DNA of 64,000 bases from Terriglobia bacterium. Lineage in GTDB: Bacteria; Acidobacteriota; Terriglobia; JAJPHL01; JAPKYU01. Shown here piece after piece: positions 30,574 through 41,121 of this stretch. The notes below the pieces were generated by a model. That model was not told the DNA's origin and made no database searches. It saw only the letters and a program-made list of their open reading frames with translations. The position numbers and the translations under genes were made by a program. The stretch spans positions 64,001 through 128,000 of the forward strand of contig CBDCVK010000003.1 of the NCBI GenBank assembly GCA_965223005.1. Direction: 5' to 3'. Position 1 is the first letter of the stretch. The number at the start of each line of letters is the position of its first letter.

Positions 30574-31368
30574 ATGAGGCAGTACCTGGAATTGCTCCGG
30601 CACATCCTGGACGAGGGGGAGGAGAAGCCAGATCGGACCGGGACGGGTACGCTGAGCATTTTCGGCTGCCAGATGCGCTTCGACCTGGCCCAGGGCTACC
30701 CGTTGCTCACTACCAAGAAGCTGCACCTGCGCTCGATCATCCACGAGCTGCTTTGGTTCCTCTCGGGCAGCACCAACGTTCGGGATTTGCAGAAACAGGG
30801 AGTCACCATCTGGGATGAGTGGGCTGACCCGACCGGCGAGCTGGGACCCATCTACGGCTACCAGTGGCGCTCCTGGCCCGCGACGGGGGGCGGACACATT
30901 GACCAGATCACCCGGGTCATGGAGCAGATTCGCGCCAATCCCGACTCCCGGCGCCACCTCGTCAGCGCCTGGAACGTGGCCGACGTCGACAAGATGGCGC
31001 TACCACCTTGCCACGTGCTCTTCCAGTTTTACGTGGCCAAGCGACGCCTTTCCTGCCAGCTCTACCAGCGTAGCGCCGACGTCTTCCTGGGGGTCCCGTT
31101 CAACATTGCCTCCTACGCGCTGCTGACGCAGATGGTCGCCCAGGTTTGTGAATTGGAGGCAGGCGAGTTTATCCACACCTGCGGCGACGCTCACCTCTAC
31201 AAGAACCACCTCGAACAGGCCCGGTTGCAACTGACGCGTGAACCGAGGCCGCTGCCGCAGATGAAGCTAAATCCGAGGGTCAAGTCCATCTTCGACTTCC
31301 AGTATGAAGATTTCTCGCTGAGCAATTACTCCCCGCACCCCGGCATTCCCGCGCCAATCGCGGTATGA
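30574..31368 (+). CDS. thyA: Thymidylate synthase
   Basis: [29 protein letters not shown] and [18 protein letters not shown] motifs. Confidence 0.99.
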   Translation: MRQYLELLRHILDEGEEKPDRTGTGTLSIFGCQMRFDLAQGYPLLTTKKLHLRSIIHELLWFLSGSTNVRDLQKQGVTIWDEWADPTGELGPIYGYQWRSWPATGGGHIDQITRVMEQIRANPDSRRHLVSAWNVADVDKMALPPCHVLFQFYVAKRRLSCQLYQRSADVFLGVPFNIASYALLTQMVAQVCELEAGEFIHTCGDAHLYKNHLEQARLQLTREPRPLPQMKLNPRVKSIFDFQYEDFSLSNYSPHPGIPAPIAV

Positions 31369-31868
31369 GGCTTTCCATCATCGCCGCGATGTCACAGAAC
31401 CGAGTCATCGGGCGCGATACCCGGCTTCCTTGGCACCTCCCCGCCGATTGGGCGCACTTCAAAAAGTTGACCATGGGACATTGCTTACTGATGGGACGGA
31501 AAACCCTTGAGTCGATTGGCCGCCCGCTGCCGGGCCGCACAACCGTGGTCGTGACGCGGCAACGCGACTATGCCCCGGCCGGCGCCCCGCCTGGCGTGCG
31601 CGTGGCTCATTCCCTGGAGGAAGCGTTGGCGATGACCACCGGGGACGAGGTGTTTATCGCCGGCGGCGCGGAAATCTATCGCCAGACCCTTCCACGTGTA
31701 GACCGGCTCTACCTGACCCTCGTCCAAGCAACCTTGGAGGGCGACACCTACTTTCCAGAATTTGACGAGGCCGACTGGCAGCTTGTCTCCCAGGAACACT
31801 TTTCAGCCGCCGCCAAGAATCCCTATCCGTACAGTTTTCTGGTCTACGCGCGAAAAAAATCGGAGTGA
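31365..31868 (+). CDS. folA: Dihydrofolate reductase
   Basis: [24 protein letters not shown] and GDTYFP motifs; ATGA overlap with thyA. Confidence 0.97.
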   Translation: MRLSIIAAMSQNRVIGRDTRLPWHLPADWAHFKKLTMGHCLLMGRKTLESIGRPLPGRTTVVVTRQRDYAPAGAPPGVRVAHSLEEALAMTTGDEVFIAGGAEIYRQTLPRVDRLYLTLVQATLEGDTYFPEFDEADWQLVSQEHFSAAAKNPYPYSFLVYARKKSE

Positions 31869-31949
31869 AGGCGGTCGGTTGGAAGAAACAATTTTGCTCG
31901 CCTGAAGCCCGGCAGTCGATCAGGCCAGTCTATGGCGGTTTCCCGCCTT

Positions 31950-33200
31950 TTATCGCGGCATCCGCTCCCTCATGATTCCGCCGGTGCAGGAGGTTTCCTG
32001 CGCGGGTAGGGCCGCTTGCCCCCGCAAATAGGTCATCAATACTATCCCCGCACAGGTGACTTTTCGGTGGCCGTCAACCAATCCGAATTGTTTGACTCTG
32101 CCTTCTGTGTTGTCGTAGAGTTGCCAGTACACTGCGTAGCGGACTTGCTCGCTGTCGAGTAACCTCAAGACCGCGGCCAAGCCCGCTGTTACAGCCTTCG
32201 CCAACTTCCATTCGCGAGCAAATCGAAACTCCCCCAGCAACACGTGATATTGGCCAAAGAATGCACGGCCCGCCGCCGTCACACTCCGCCGCGTGCGCAT
32301 CCTGATGTCGGCAAGTGCCTCCGTCAAAGCCGCATGCACGTCCTTGCTCGCCATTGTCTCCCAAGCAGAAAAGGAAACGAAATCGTAGTTGACCTGAGGC
32401 AGGACCTCCTCCAAGGCGTTAAGGCCAAGGTTCTGTTTTACAAACTCTCCCGTAGCGGTTCGCCCGAGCTTCAACTTCCACAAAGAAATCTCCACTCCGG
32501 AGAAAACTTTCAGGCGAGCGGAAGGGAATTTTTCTCGCACGTCGGTCACTGCCTGGAAACGCGTTTGGAGATCGCGCTCTACATTTCCCACTGCGAGCTC
32601 GGGCTTGCCGGTGGCGTTGAGCACCTCGCGCAGTTTTTCGTCAGCCTCGTTGTTGCTGATCAGAATGACCTTGTCACGGTCGCCGAAATTCCGATAGAGC
32701 CATTCCACCATTTCGCGCAGTTGCCTGTGCTCTTCTTCCCACTCCCGTTCGGCCACTTTCCTGCGCAGGTCAATTTCGTCAGGTCCCTGACCGTAATCAA
32801 ACACAGGATAGGCGGTCAGCCAAACAGTCTTGAATTGGGAGTGTTCTAGAATCTTTCTATAGCGCGGCAGGGCTAGAATCTTCACCAAAGTGACAGGTTT
32901 CTTGACTTCTTCAAATCTCCGCCGCGCTCGGGCCGGGTGGATGTAGTCGTACCGCCCGGCGACGACAATCCGCACTGTCCTGAAATCAAACCGCTCTATA
33001 TCAACGACAGCAGGAGCCAAATTGTCCGTTCCGGCTCCGGAGGAGTGACGGGCGGTTGCACTCCCGCCCGGTACTTGACCTTCCCAGCTATAGACGCCGA
33101 GTCGATCAGACGGGAGCGACGGCCATTCGCTTTGCGCCCCCGCGAGCGCAACAGCAAAAAACAGCAGCACCGCCGGCAACAGTCTTCTCTGCGCTCTCAC
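31950..33200 (-). CDS. Secreted hypothetical protein (possible TIM-barrel glycoside hydrolase-like)
   Basis: Signal peptide; NNE motif, later GEF and YAVYWQLYDN resemble clan GH-A spacing; weak. Confidence 0.55.
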   Translation of the reverse strand: MRAQRRLLPAVLLFFAVALAGAQSEWPSLPSDRLGVYSWEGQVPGGSATARHSSGAGTDNLAPAVVDIERFDFRTVRIVVAGRYDYIHPARARRRFEEVKKPVTLVKILALPRYRKILEHSQFKTVWLTAYPVFDYGQGPDEIDLRRKVAEREWEEEHRQLREMVEWLYRNFGDRDKVILISNNEADEKLREVLNATGKPELAVGNVERDLQTRFQAVTDVREKFPSARLKVFSGVEISLWKLKLGRTATGEFVKQNLGLNALEEVLPQVNYDFVSFSAWETMASKDVHAALTEALADIRMRTRRSVTAAGRAFFGQYHVLLGEFRFAREWKLAKAVTAGLAAVLRLLDSEQVRYAVYWQLYDNTEGRVKQFGLVDGHRKVTCAGIVLMTYLRGQAALPAQETSCTGGIMRERMPR

Positions 33201-33260
33201 CGTTCTCTTCTCTCTCTCCCGTTGCGGTGGGACAAACGACGGCGCTGCCGGATATTAGCT

Positions 33261-33503
<243 letters not shown>

Positions 33504-33539
33504 GAGAACCTCAGTCGAACATTTTTTCGCTAAACACCT

Positions 33540-33568
33540 ATTATAACCGAAAATCTGTAGCGCTGCAA
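33540..33568 (-). promoter_or_regulatory. Putative sigma70 promoter of rpmE
   Basis: TTGCAG-N17-TATAAT on the minus strand. Confidence 0.7.
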
Positions 33569-33618
33569 AGCGCAGCCAGAGACTGGTAGTGGGCTACTTT
33601 GAATCCGCAGGAGATGTC

Positions 33619-33673
33619 GTAGCGGCGGCCTTTAGGCCGCGATGGGTCTTGGCATACTGAAGCCTGCCGCTAC
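33619..33673. repeat. GTAG-type REP dyad (BIME-like)
   Basis: GTAGCGGCGGCCTTTAGGCCGC followed by an inverted partial copy CTGAAGCCTGCCGCTAC; lies just after a stop codon. Confidence 0.6.
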
Positions 33674-33675
33674 GC

Positions 33676-34617
33676 CTATGGCAGTGCAGGCCGCGCGCGC
33701 CGATGGACGAGCTGTCGCGCCACGTCCTCGACCACTTTACGCCCGCTGCGCCACGCGTCCTGGTACGCCTTCTGTTTTTCGGTGCGGGTAAAACGCTGGC
33801 CGAGACGATGGAAATGCTCCAGGCCGCGTCCCACCACATAGGTGGCCGAGTAGGCTACCAGCCCTTTGGCGACCAGGCCTCCGCCGGCCGGCACCTTGCC
33901 GGCCAGTTCCCGCGCCAGAGCGCGCCAGCCGAAGGCTGTGCCAGCAATGGAGGCCAGTTGCGCCTTCTGCTGGCGCCAGCCTACCGGAGCATCGCTGGCC
34001 GCTGCCACTAGAAAGGCCATGCGGAACTGGTTCGCAGTGAGAAACGCCGTGTCCGAGGCGAATTCGCCGAAAATCCAGGGCAACTGGAGCGGGCTGGGTA
34101 GCAGGTTCGGCAGCGCGCTGAGAATGGCGAAGCCGGCATTCTCGCGGGCGACGGCTCGGATGATCCGGTCCACCACCGGCTGGCGCAACGGCCAATAGCA
34201 GCGAGCCAGGGCCAACGACCAGTCCGGGCGCCTTTCCTGGACGTCTTCCAGGAGTAGCTCTGCCCAGCGGTCGTCGGCCACATCCTCGAGCAGCAAGTAG
34301 TCGCGGATGAACGGACGCACTTCGGCGGCGCTGGTGGCCGGCACCAGGCACAGGTCGAAGCGCGGCATCAGCTGCGTGTACGTCGGGGGGATGGGCACGG
34401 GGATGGGAAACAGGCGCTTCAGCCCCTGATCGCGCTTGCGCTCGCCCAGCTCAGGCGGGACCAGCTTCTCGGTCCAGTACTGCAGTTCCGCTTCAGCGCC
34501 CACCAGGGCCAGCGAGAACGGCCGGTCCGCATCCTGTTGGATGGACTCGGGGCTCAGCTGGCGGAGCGCGACGGCAAGTTGCCGCCAGAAACGCACGCTG
34601 GTCGCCGCCCTGCGCAC
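33676..34617 (-). CDS. Hypothetical protein
   Basis: 313-aa ORF with natural composition; C-terminal SDTAFLTANQ...GWRALARELAGKVPAGGGL segment. Confidence 0.7.
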   Translation of the reverse strand: MRRAATSVRFWRQLAVALRQLSPESIQQDADRPFSLALVGAEAELQYWTEKLVPPELGERKRDQGLKRLFPIPVPIPPTYTQLMPRFDLCLVPATSAAEVRPFIRDYLLLEDVADDRWAELLLEDVQERRPDWSLALARCYWPLRQPVVDRIIRAVARENAGFAILSALPNLLPSPLQLPWIFGEFASDTAFLTANQFRMAFLVAAASDAPVGWRQQKAQLASIAGTAFGWRALARELAGKVPAGGGLVAKGLVAYSATYVVGRGLEHFHRLGQRFTRTEKQKAYQDAWRSGRKVVEDVARQLVHRRARPALP

Positions 34618-34734
34618 AGCTTTATCTTAGCACGACGATAATCGGGATCTTAGCACGCCGGCAATCCGGCACGCCGCACGCCTTCCTACCGGGCCGCGCC
34701 GCGCCCGGTCTGCGGCCTGCGGTAGAATGAAGTA

Positions 34735-36171
34735 GTGCGCATCGCGCTGGCGGCCCTGCTGTTGCTCGTTCTGCTGCAAGCCCCTTCGGCTCCGGACCCG
34801 GTGGAGGAATCCCTGCGCCGGCTCACTGCCGTTTACAGCGTCGTCGAGGAACAGTACGCCGACCCGATCGATCCCGAAACTCAGATCTACCGGGGCGCGA
34901 TTCCTGGAATGCTTCGGCGGCTGGACCCCTACTCGGTGTTTTTCGATGCCGATCAGTTTCGCCTCCTCCAACAGCACCAGCAAGCCAAGAGCGAAGGCTT
35001 TGGCACGATCGTCACGGTGATGCCCGGGCGGGTAGTGGTGCTGGAGGCATTTGTCGGCTCTCCGGCGGCCCGCGCCGGCCTCCAGGCAGGGGATGAAATT
35101 CTGGAAGTTAATAACCACCGCATCGAGCGCCTCAACATGGCGCAGATCGTGCGAGTGCTCAACGCTGCGCGCTCGCAACAGCGTACTCACATGCTGGTGC
35201 TGCGCCCCAACAGCAGCAAGGTCGAGAGCATCACCGTGAGCCCCGCCGAGCTTTCCGAATCCACCGTAGACCGTGCTTTCTGGCTGCGCGAGGGGATCGG
35301 CTACCTGCACGTCACCGCCTTCGAAAGCACCACGGTGGCCGAGCTGAGGCAGGCGTTGCAGCGATGGGGCCCGGCGCTGGATGGGCTGGTGCTCGACCTT
35401 CGCAAGAACGGCGGTGGCCTGCTGCAGGCGGCGGTGGAGACGGCCGGGCTGTTTCTGCCGGAGGGTGAGCTGGTGCTAACCGCTCGCGGTCGCACAGGCG
35501 AGGCCCATCGCTTCACCGTGGAGAAGGCTGAGCCGCTGGCACAAGAACTGCCGCTGGTCGTGCTGGTCAGCGGCCGCACTGCCAGCGCTGCCGAGATTCT
35601 GGCTGGGGCGCTGCAGGACCATGGCCGCGCACGGCTCGTGGGGCAAACCACTTTCGGCAAAGGAACGGTGCAGACAGTCTATCCGCTGAGTGGAGATACA
35701 GGCCTAGCGTTGGCCACCGCGTTGTACCTCACGCCTTCCGGCCGCTCCCTGGAACGGACCCGGAGCGATACCGGCGGCATCACCCCAGATGTGGTTGTCG
35801 CGCCTTCCGGCTACACGAACTATCAGGCATTTCTGGAAAGCCGGTTGGTGTTCTTGGAGTTTGCGCGGTACCTGCGCGCCGACGGGCGCCCTATCCCGCC
35901 CGAGTTCGAAGTCTCACCAAAGCTGCTTGACGAGTTTCGTGGTTTCCTTCGCCAGCGAGACATTCCTATCACCGAGAAGCTCTGGTCTGAAAACCGGAGG
36001 TTCGTCCGGACCCGGCTGAAGACGGAAATTTTTAACCTAACTTTCGGCGTGGCGCGGGGCGACGAGATCGCCGCCTCGGACGACCCACAGATACAGCGGG
36101 CAGTAGAGTTGCTCTTGGAGGCGGCGCAAGCTAGGTCCAGCGGAACCGGCGCAAGGCCAGCAGGAAGCTGA
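34735..36171 (+). CDS. Carboxyl-terminal processing protease (S41 family, PDZ)
   Basis: LDPYS, GSPAARAGL, VLDLRKNGGG, TASAAEILAGALQD and TFGKG motifs. Confidence 0.95.
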   Translation: MRIALAALLLLVLLQAPSAPDPVEESLRRLTAVYSVVEEQYADPIDPETQIYRGAIPGMLRRLDPYSVFFDADQFRLLQQHQQAKSEGFGTIVTVMPGRVVVLEAFVGSPAARAGLQAGDEILEVNNHRIERLNMAQIVRVLNAARSQQRTHMLVLRPNSSKVESITVSPAELSESTVDRAFWLREGIGYLHVTAFESTTVAELRQALQRWGPALDGLVLDLRKNGGGLLQAAVETAGLFLPEGELVLTARGRTGEAHRFTVEKAEPLAQELPLVVLVSGRTASAAEILAGALQDHGRARLVGQTTFGKGTVQTVYPLSGDTGLALATALYLTPSGRSLERTRSDTGGITPDVVVAPSGYTNYQAFLESRLVFLEFARYLRADGRPIPPEFEVSPKLLDEFRGFLRQRDIPITEKLWSENRRFVRTRLKTEIFNLTFGVARGDEIAASDDPQIQRAVELLLEAAQARSSGTGARPAGS

Positions 36172-37165
36172 GGCTGCCCCAGGCAGCCAGGATAAGCAAC
36201 CGCGTGGACTGGGCCGTCAAGCTGGCACCTTCCAAAATCACCGACCGCAAGGCATCGTTGAGGGCCGTGAGCGGCAGCAGGCGGATTAGCGGCTGCACGA
36301 CGTCCGGGAATCGGTCTGCGGAAAAGAAAACCCCGGACAAGACGAACATGGGCAGCATCACCAGGTTCATTAGGCCGGAAACGGTTTCGATCTTCTGGGC
36401 TCGGCTGGCCACCAGCAGTCCCATTCCGGCGAAGCAGAGGGAGCCGGCCGCGCCCAGCACCAGCACGCTGGAAATGCTCCCCTGGACCACCATGTCGAAG
36501 ACGACCCAGCCCAGGCCCAGCAGCAGCGCCGCCTCAATTAACATTAGCAGCAGCCGGCTGGAAATCATCGCGAGTAGGAAGTCTGGGCGGCGCATCGGGG
36601 TAGCGATCAGGCGCTTCAGCAGCCTCTTGGCCCGCATGTCCACCAGGGCGAAACCCACTCCCCACATCCCCCCGCCCAGCAGGTTCATCCCCAGCAAGCC
36701 GGGAATCAGGAAATCAATGTAGCGCGCTCCGGGCTCGCTGACCGGCTCCTGGCGAGTGAGCAACGGGTCGGTGCGACCGGCAGCCTGCTGCAATGCCGCA
36801 TCCACCAGAGAGCGGGCCAACAAGCTGCCAGGCCGGCTGGGGTCGTAGCGGTAGCGGAAACTCTCGCCGGGGAAGACCACCAGCGAGACCTTGCCCAGTC
36901 GGAACTGCCGGCCCGCCTCCTGAGTGCTGGTGACCTTGGCCCGGAGCGAGGGCGCCGCGTTGAGCGTGCGCACCAGCCGCTGCGCCTCCTCATGTTCGAC
37001 CACGGCCACAAGAATCGTTTCCTGTGGGCCGTCCCGGAAGGCGAGGCCCAGAGCCAGCGCCAGCAGGACGGGAAAGAAGAACACCCAGAAGACAACTTCC
37101 GGCTCCCGCTTCAATTCCCGCAGCCGAGCCAGTAGCAGCTGCCCGTAGGCTTGCCAGTGAATCAT
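36131..37165 (-). CDS. ABC-2 type transporter permease
   Basis: YIDFLIPGLLG, LKRLIATP and SGVFFS motifs; multiple TM segments. Confidence 0.9.
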   Translation of the reverse strand: MIHWQAYGQLLLARLRELKREPEVVFWVFFFPVLLALALGLAFRDGPQETILVAVVEHEEAQRLVRTLNAAPSLRAKVTSTQEAGRQFRLGKVSLVVFPGESFRYRYDPSRPGSLLARSLVDAALQQAAGRTDPLLTRQEPVSEPGARYIDFLIPGLLGMNLLGGGMWGVGFALVDMRAKRLLKRLIATPMRRPDFLLAMISSRLLLMLIEAALLLGLGWVVFDMVVQGSISSVLVLGAAGSLCFAGMGLLVASRAQKIETVSGLMNLVMLPMFVLSGVFFSADRFPDVVQPLIRLLPLTALNDALRSVILEGASLTAQSTRLLILAAWGSLSFLLALRRFRWT

Positions 37166-37199
37166 CCCGCGCTCCGGGCTGCATCCCTAATCATCACGC

Positions 37200-38138
37200 C
37201 TACTCATCACGAAGGTGCCGGCCGGTCAGCTTTACGAATACATCCTCCAGGCTGGCGTGGCGCGTGGTCAGCCGCGCCAGCTCCAGTCCCTGATTCTCCA
37301 GCCAGTTGCACAGCCCGGGCAAAGCCAGGTGCGGCGCGGCAACGGTCAGCAGGTAGTTGCCGCTTTCCTCGCGGACGGCGCGCACCGCGGGGAGCGTAGC
37401 CAGCCCGTCCTGCGCCAAACCGGCTGGGGCAGCCGCCTCGGCCAGTGCGAATTCCACTACGTGGTCGGCGCCCAGCGAAGCGACCAATTCGGCAGGCGTG
37501 CCCAGGGCGATGATGCGGCCGTAGTCAATGATCGCCACCCGGTCGCACAACCGCTCGGCCTCGTCCATGTAGTGAGTGGTCAGCAGGACGGTGCCGCCGC
37601 TCTGCTGGAAGTTGCGGACGATCTCCCAGAGCTGGCGGCGCGACTGCGGATCCAGTCCGGTGGTCGGCTCATCGAGAAACAAAACGCTCGGATTGCCCAC
37701 CAGGGCGCAGGCGACCGCCAGTCGCTGCTTCTGCCCGCCCGACAGCTTGCCTACCCGGCTGTCGGTCTTTTCGCTAAGCGATACTTGCTGCATCACCTGA
37801 AATGGGTCGGCCGGCTGCCGGTAGAAGCTGGCAAACAACGCCAGCGTCTCTTTGACGGTAAGCTTTTCCGAGAGCCGGGTGTCCTGCAGCGAGATCCCGA
37901 GCAATTCGCGTAGCTGCTGGTCCTCGACACCCCATCTCTTGCCCAGGATTTCCACCTCGCCGGAGGTGGGCTTCAGCAGGCCTTCGAGAATCTCGATGGT
38001 GGTGGTCTTTCCGGCGCCGTTGGGCCCCAACAGTCCGAAACACTCGCCCTGCTCGACGGCCAAGTCCAGGCCGCGCACTGCCTCCACCTTGCCGTCGTAG
38101 CTTTTGAAGAGGGAGGTGCAGCGGATGGCAACTGGCAT
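37200..38138 (-). CDS. ABC transporter ATP-binding protein
   Basis: GPNGAGKTT, LSGGQKQ, LDEPTTGLD and TTHYMDEAE motifs. Confidence 0.95.
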   Translation of the reverse strand: MPVAIRCTSLFKSYDGKVEAVRGLDLAVEQGECFGLLGPNGAGKTTTIEILEGLLKPTSGEVEILGKRWGVEDQQLRELLGISLQDTRLSEKLTVKETLALFASFYRQPADPFQVMQQVSLSEKTDSRVGKLSGGQKQRLAVACALVGNPSVLFLDEPTTGLDPQSRRQLWEIVRNFQQSGGTVLLTTHYMDEAERLCDRVAIIDYGRIIALGTPAELVASLGADHVVEFALAEAAAPAGLAQDGLATLPAVRAVREESGNYLLTVAAPHLALPGLCNWLENQGLELARLTTRHASLEDVFVKLTGRHLRDE

Positions 38139-38314
38139 GAACGAAACAATACTATCACGCGGCACCATCACACGGCCGCGGCCAACCGGACCGTCGGCGC
38201 ACGCCTTTGGGTAGTGTTTGCCCGCTGACGCTGACGAAATGGTTGGCCGGTCTTGGCAGTCCCCGATAGAATCGACCAATGCCAGCAGTTCCGCCGATCT
38301 TTGCGACCCTCGCC

Positions 38315-38737
38315 ATGAAACGACCCTGGGCAATGAGCTGCGGACGTCTTTGGGGAACGTTCGCCCACCTGACGCTGATCCTTTTTTCTTCTACCCCACT
38401 GGCCGGCAAAGCCGCGCAGTACGCCTACAGCTTTTATCTGGCTCTGTTCGGAACGTTGGGGATGGACTGGGGCGTGAGGTCCCTGGCCCAGAAGGGCCTG
38501 CATTTCGTGCTCTTCTTCTCGCTGGGCAGCTGGCTCTCCCACAGCTTGAAATGCCCGCCGCTGCAGAAATTCCTGGCAACCGCCGGAATCTGCCTGCTGG
38601 CGGGACTTGGCTCGGAAGCCTTTCAGCTACTGTTTCCAGGACGCCAAGCGACGCTCGCCGATGTGCTGCTGAACGCCACCAGCGGCACGCTGGCGGCGGG
38701 GTTGGCGTGGCGCTGGAGCCCCTCACCTGAGATGTAG
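38315..38737 (+). CDS. VanZ family membrane protein
   Basis: KGLHFVLF...SEAFQLLFPGR...DVLLN. Confidence 0.8.
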   Translation: MKRPWAMSCGRLWGTFAHLTLILFSSTPLAGKAAQYAYSFYLALFGTLGMDWGVRSLAQKGLHFVLFFSLGSWLSHSLKCPPLQKFLATAGICLLAGLGSEAFQLLFPGRQATLADVLLNATSGTLAAGLAWRWSPSPEM

Positions 38738-38778
38738 GTTAGGAACTCGCGCGGGTGAGCAAGCGGGCAACGGCAACC

Positions 38779-39681
38779 TTACCAGCGTCGAGGCCAGAGC
38801 CGAGGCCAGCTCCGAGGCGGCATCCAGCGATCCATTGCGAAATTCCAGCCGCGGCGCAGGGCAACTCGAGCGCCGGCCAGGACCAACCAGCCGCGCGGAA
38901 AAACCACTTTGCCGAAGAACCGCACCAGGGTGTCGTGGGAGAGGATGCAAATACGGTGCAGGTGGAAGCGGTCCGAGCCCCCATCATTCAGGCCGGGCTG
39001 AACGCCAAGGCCAAGCTGGTAGCCGGCCTCGCGCGCCGCCAAACCGACACGCTCTTGGTAGTCCCCGTACGGGTAGGCCACGTACCGAACGGGAAGACCC
39101 AGTTCTTGCTCTAGTTCCTTCTTGCTGAGGACGAGTTCCTCGGACAGGGTCTCAGGGTCAAGCTGGGTTAAGGACGCATGCGATCGGCTGTGAGACCCCA
39201 AGCTGATAACCGGCGCCAGGTTACGCAAGCCTTGCGGACCCAACAGCTTCAGGGGCTTGCCGGCGGGCAGGTCCCAGCGGTTCAAGTCACCCAGCAAGGA
39301 GCTGACAACAAACATAGTGGCGGGAATCTCCCTTTGGCGAAGCAACTGCTTGAGTGGCTCAGTCATCTCCTCGTAGCCATCATCGAAGGTCACGGCCACC
39401 GCCTTGCGCGGCACCGGCTTGCCTTGCTGCAAGTAGTTCAGCCAATCGTCCAGAGAGATGAAGGAGAAGCCCAGCCAGCGAAGCAACTTCAACTGCCGGT
39501 CAAGCCTGGTCAGCGAAATCGAAGCGGTCGCAACCCCAGAGGAATCCTCCCGCACTGCATGGTAGGCTAGGATGCGGACTTTGGCGTGTCCATTAGCCCG
39601 GGACGCGATTTGCATTGGGCTAAGGTTCATCGCTTGGGCAACTTTGGGAGCAGCCGACAATCTAGGCGCCCTGTGTTTCAC
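38779..39681 (-). CDS. Polysaccharide deacetylase family protein
   Basis: ILAYH, VTFDDGY, GSHSRSH and AYPYG motifs; start may be 39630. Confidence 0.9.
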   Translation of the reverse strand: MKHRAPRLSAAPKVAQAMNLSPMQIASRANGHAKVRILAYHAVREDSSGVATASISLTRLDRQLKLLRWLGFSFISLDDWLNYLQQGKPVPRKAVAVTFDDGYEEMTEPLKQLLRQREIPATMFVVSSLLGDLNRWDLPAGKPLKLLGPQGLRNLAPVISLGSHSRSHASLTQLDPETLSEELVLSKKELEQELGLPVRYVAYPYGDYQERVGLAAREAGYQLGLGVQPGLNDGGSDRFHLHRICILSHDTLVRFFGKVVFPRGWLVLAGARVALRRGWNFAMDRWMPPRSWPRLWPRRW

Positions 39682-39930
39682 ATCAGAACCTTCGACGGGT
39701 GGCCCTCTGTTCCCTTTTCGGCATCATTCCCACTTCGATGCGAAACGACTGCCCCACTTCCGATGGAGTATATCAAATCCGGGCCAGATCAGGTCAACCG
39801 AAAGCCGCAAGGGGAATACAGCTCAGGCGGTTCGAGTCCCAGATGCGAATTATTCCTGAAAGGGGACAAGCGCTACGCCCCTCTGGAGCTTTGGTGGGCC
39901 TAAGGTTAAGATCAGGAAAAGCGACGACTG

Positions 39931-40971
39931 ATGACCGAGCTGCGGAAAGAAAAGACTGTCGGCGTGGTGCTGTTTCAACTTGGAGGGCCAGATTCGCCCG
40001 AAGCGGTTGAGCCGTTTCTATACAACCTGTTCTGTGATCCCGACATCATCCAACTGCCGCTGGGACGCGCCCGCGCGCCGTTGGCCCGCCTGCTGGCTTC
40101 CAAGCGCGCTAGCAAGGTTCAACACCACTACGCGGCCATTGGCGGTCGCTCGCCCATCCGTGAATTAACGGAGCAGCAGATGCGCGCCCTGCAAGCTGAA
40201 TTATTGAAGTCGATGCGGGCACGCGTCGTCCTCGCCATGCGCTACTGGCGCCCGTTGACTGAGGAAGCGGTGGCGAAACTGGAGTCGGCCGGGCCGGACG
40301 AGGTGCCGAACGAGCCGGTGGACGAGCTGGTGTTGCTGCCGCTTTATCCGCAATACTCGAAGACAACCACCGGCAGCAGCCTCAACGAGTGGAAGCGCAA
40401 ATACACGGCTCGGCCGGGCGTGCCGGTCCACACCATTCCCCACTTCTACGACCACCCAGGCTACATTCGGGCGCTGGTGGAGAAAATGCACCAGGGTCTG
40501 GCGCGCTTCTCACCCTCGACCAACCTGCACTTGGTGTTCAGCGCGCACGGCGTGCCTGTCAGCGTCGTGGAAGCCGGCGACCCCTACACAAGACAGACGG
40601 AGGAGACGGTGCGACTGGTCATGGAAGCAGGCGGCTGGCAGCATCCGCACCTGCTCTGCTATCAGAGTAAGGTGGGATCGGGCCGTTGGGTGCAGCCCTC
40701 GTTGCTGGCCACCCTGCGCGGGTTAGGCCGGCGCGGCGTTGCCAATGTGCTGGTGGTTCCCATTTCCTTCGTCACCGACCATGTCGAGACTCTGAACGAG
40801 ATCAACATTGAAGCACGCGAGGAGGCCAGCCGGGCCGGCATCACCGGTTTCCAGGTGATGCCGGCGCTCAACGATTCACCCACCTTCATTGCCTGCCTGG
40901 CCGATCTGGTGCGAAGGCAAGTGTCAGGGCCAAAGGCGGCCGAGATGCCACCCCCAAAGGGACCGTGGTGA
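39931..40971 (+). CDS. hemH: Ferrochelatase
   Basis: LGGP, IGGRSP, MRYWRP, LPLYPQYS, FSAHG, GDPY, YQS and FVTDHVETL motifs. Confidence 0.97.
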   Translation: MTELRKEKTVGVVLFQLGGPDSPEAVEPFLYNLFCDPDIIQLPLGRARAPLARLLASKRASKVQHHYAAIGGRSPIRELTEQQMRALQAELLKSMRARVVLAMRYWRPLTEEAVAKLESAGPDEVPNEPVDELVLLPLYPQYSKTTTGSSLNEWKRKYTARPGVPVHTIPHFYDHPGYIRALVEKMHQGLARFSPSTNLHLVFSAHGVPVSVVEAGDPYTRQTEETVRLVMEAGGWQHPHLLCYQSKVGSGRWVQPSLLATLRGLGRRGVANVLVVPISFVTDHVETLNEINIEAREEASRAGITGFQVMPALNDSPTFIACLADLVRRQVSGPKAAEMPPPKGPW

Positions 40972-41121
40972 TCTGAGCTTGAATCGAAAGAGGGGCGGGC
41001 GTATGGTCTTGGGCGAAGGGGAAGCTCAAATCGGAAGTTCCGGCTAGCAACGGCTGGTAAGAAAAGGACCGAGGTCAGGTCGCCTGGGGCTGATCCTCAA
41101 GCTCAACAGGAGGTTTTCACA

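Noticed and set aside
30574-31868. folA as an acquired trimethoprim-resistance dfr cassette
   Set aside because: It is translationally coupled to thyA in the usual chromosomal arrangement, with no attC
39811-39841. tRNA-like words GGGGAATACAGCTCAG and GGTTCGAGTCCC
   Set aside because: The two motifs are nearly adjacent with no anticodon arm or matching acceptor stem, so no cloverleaf can form
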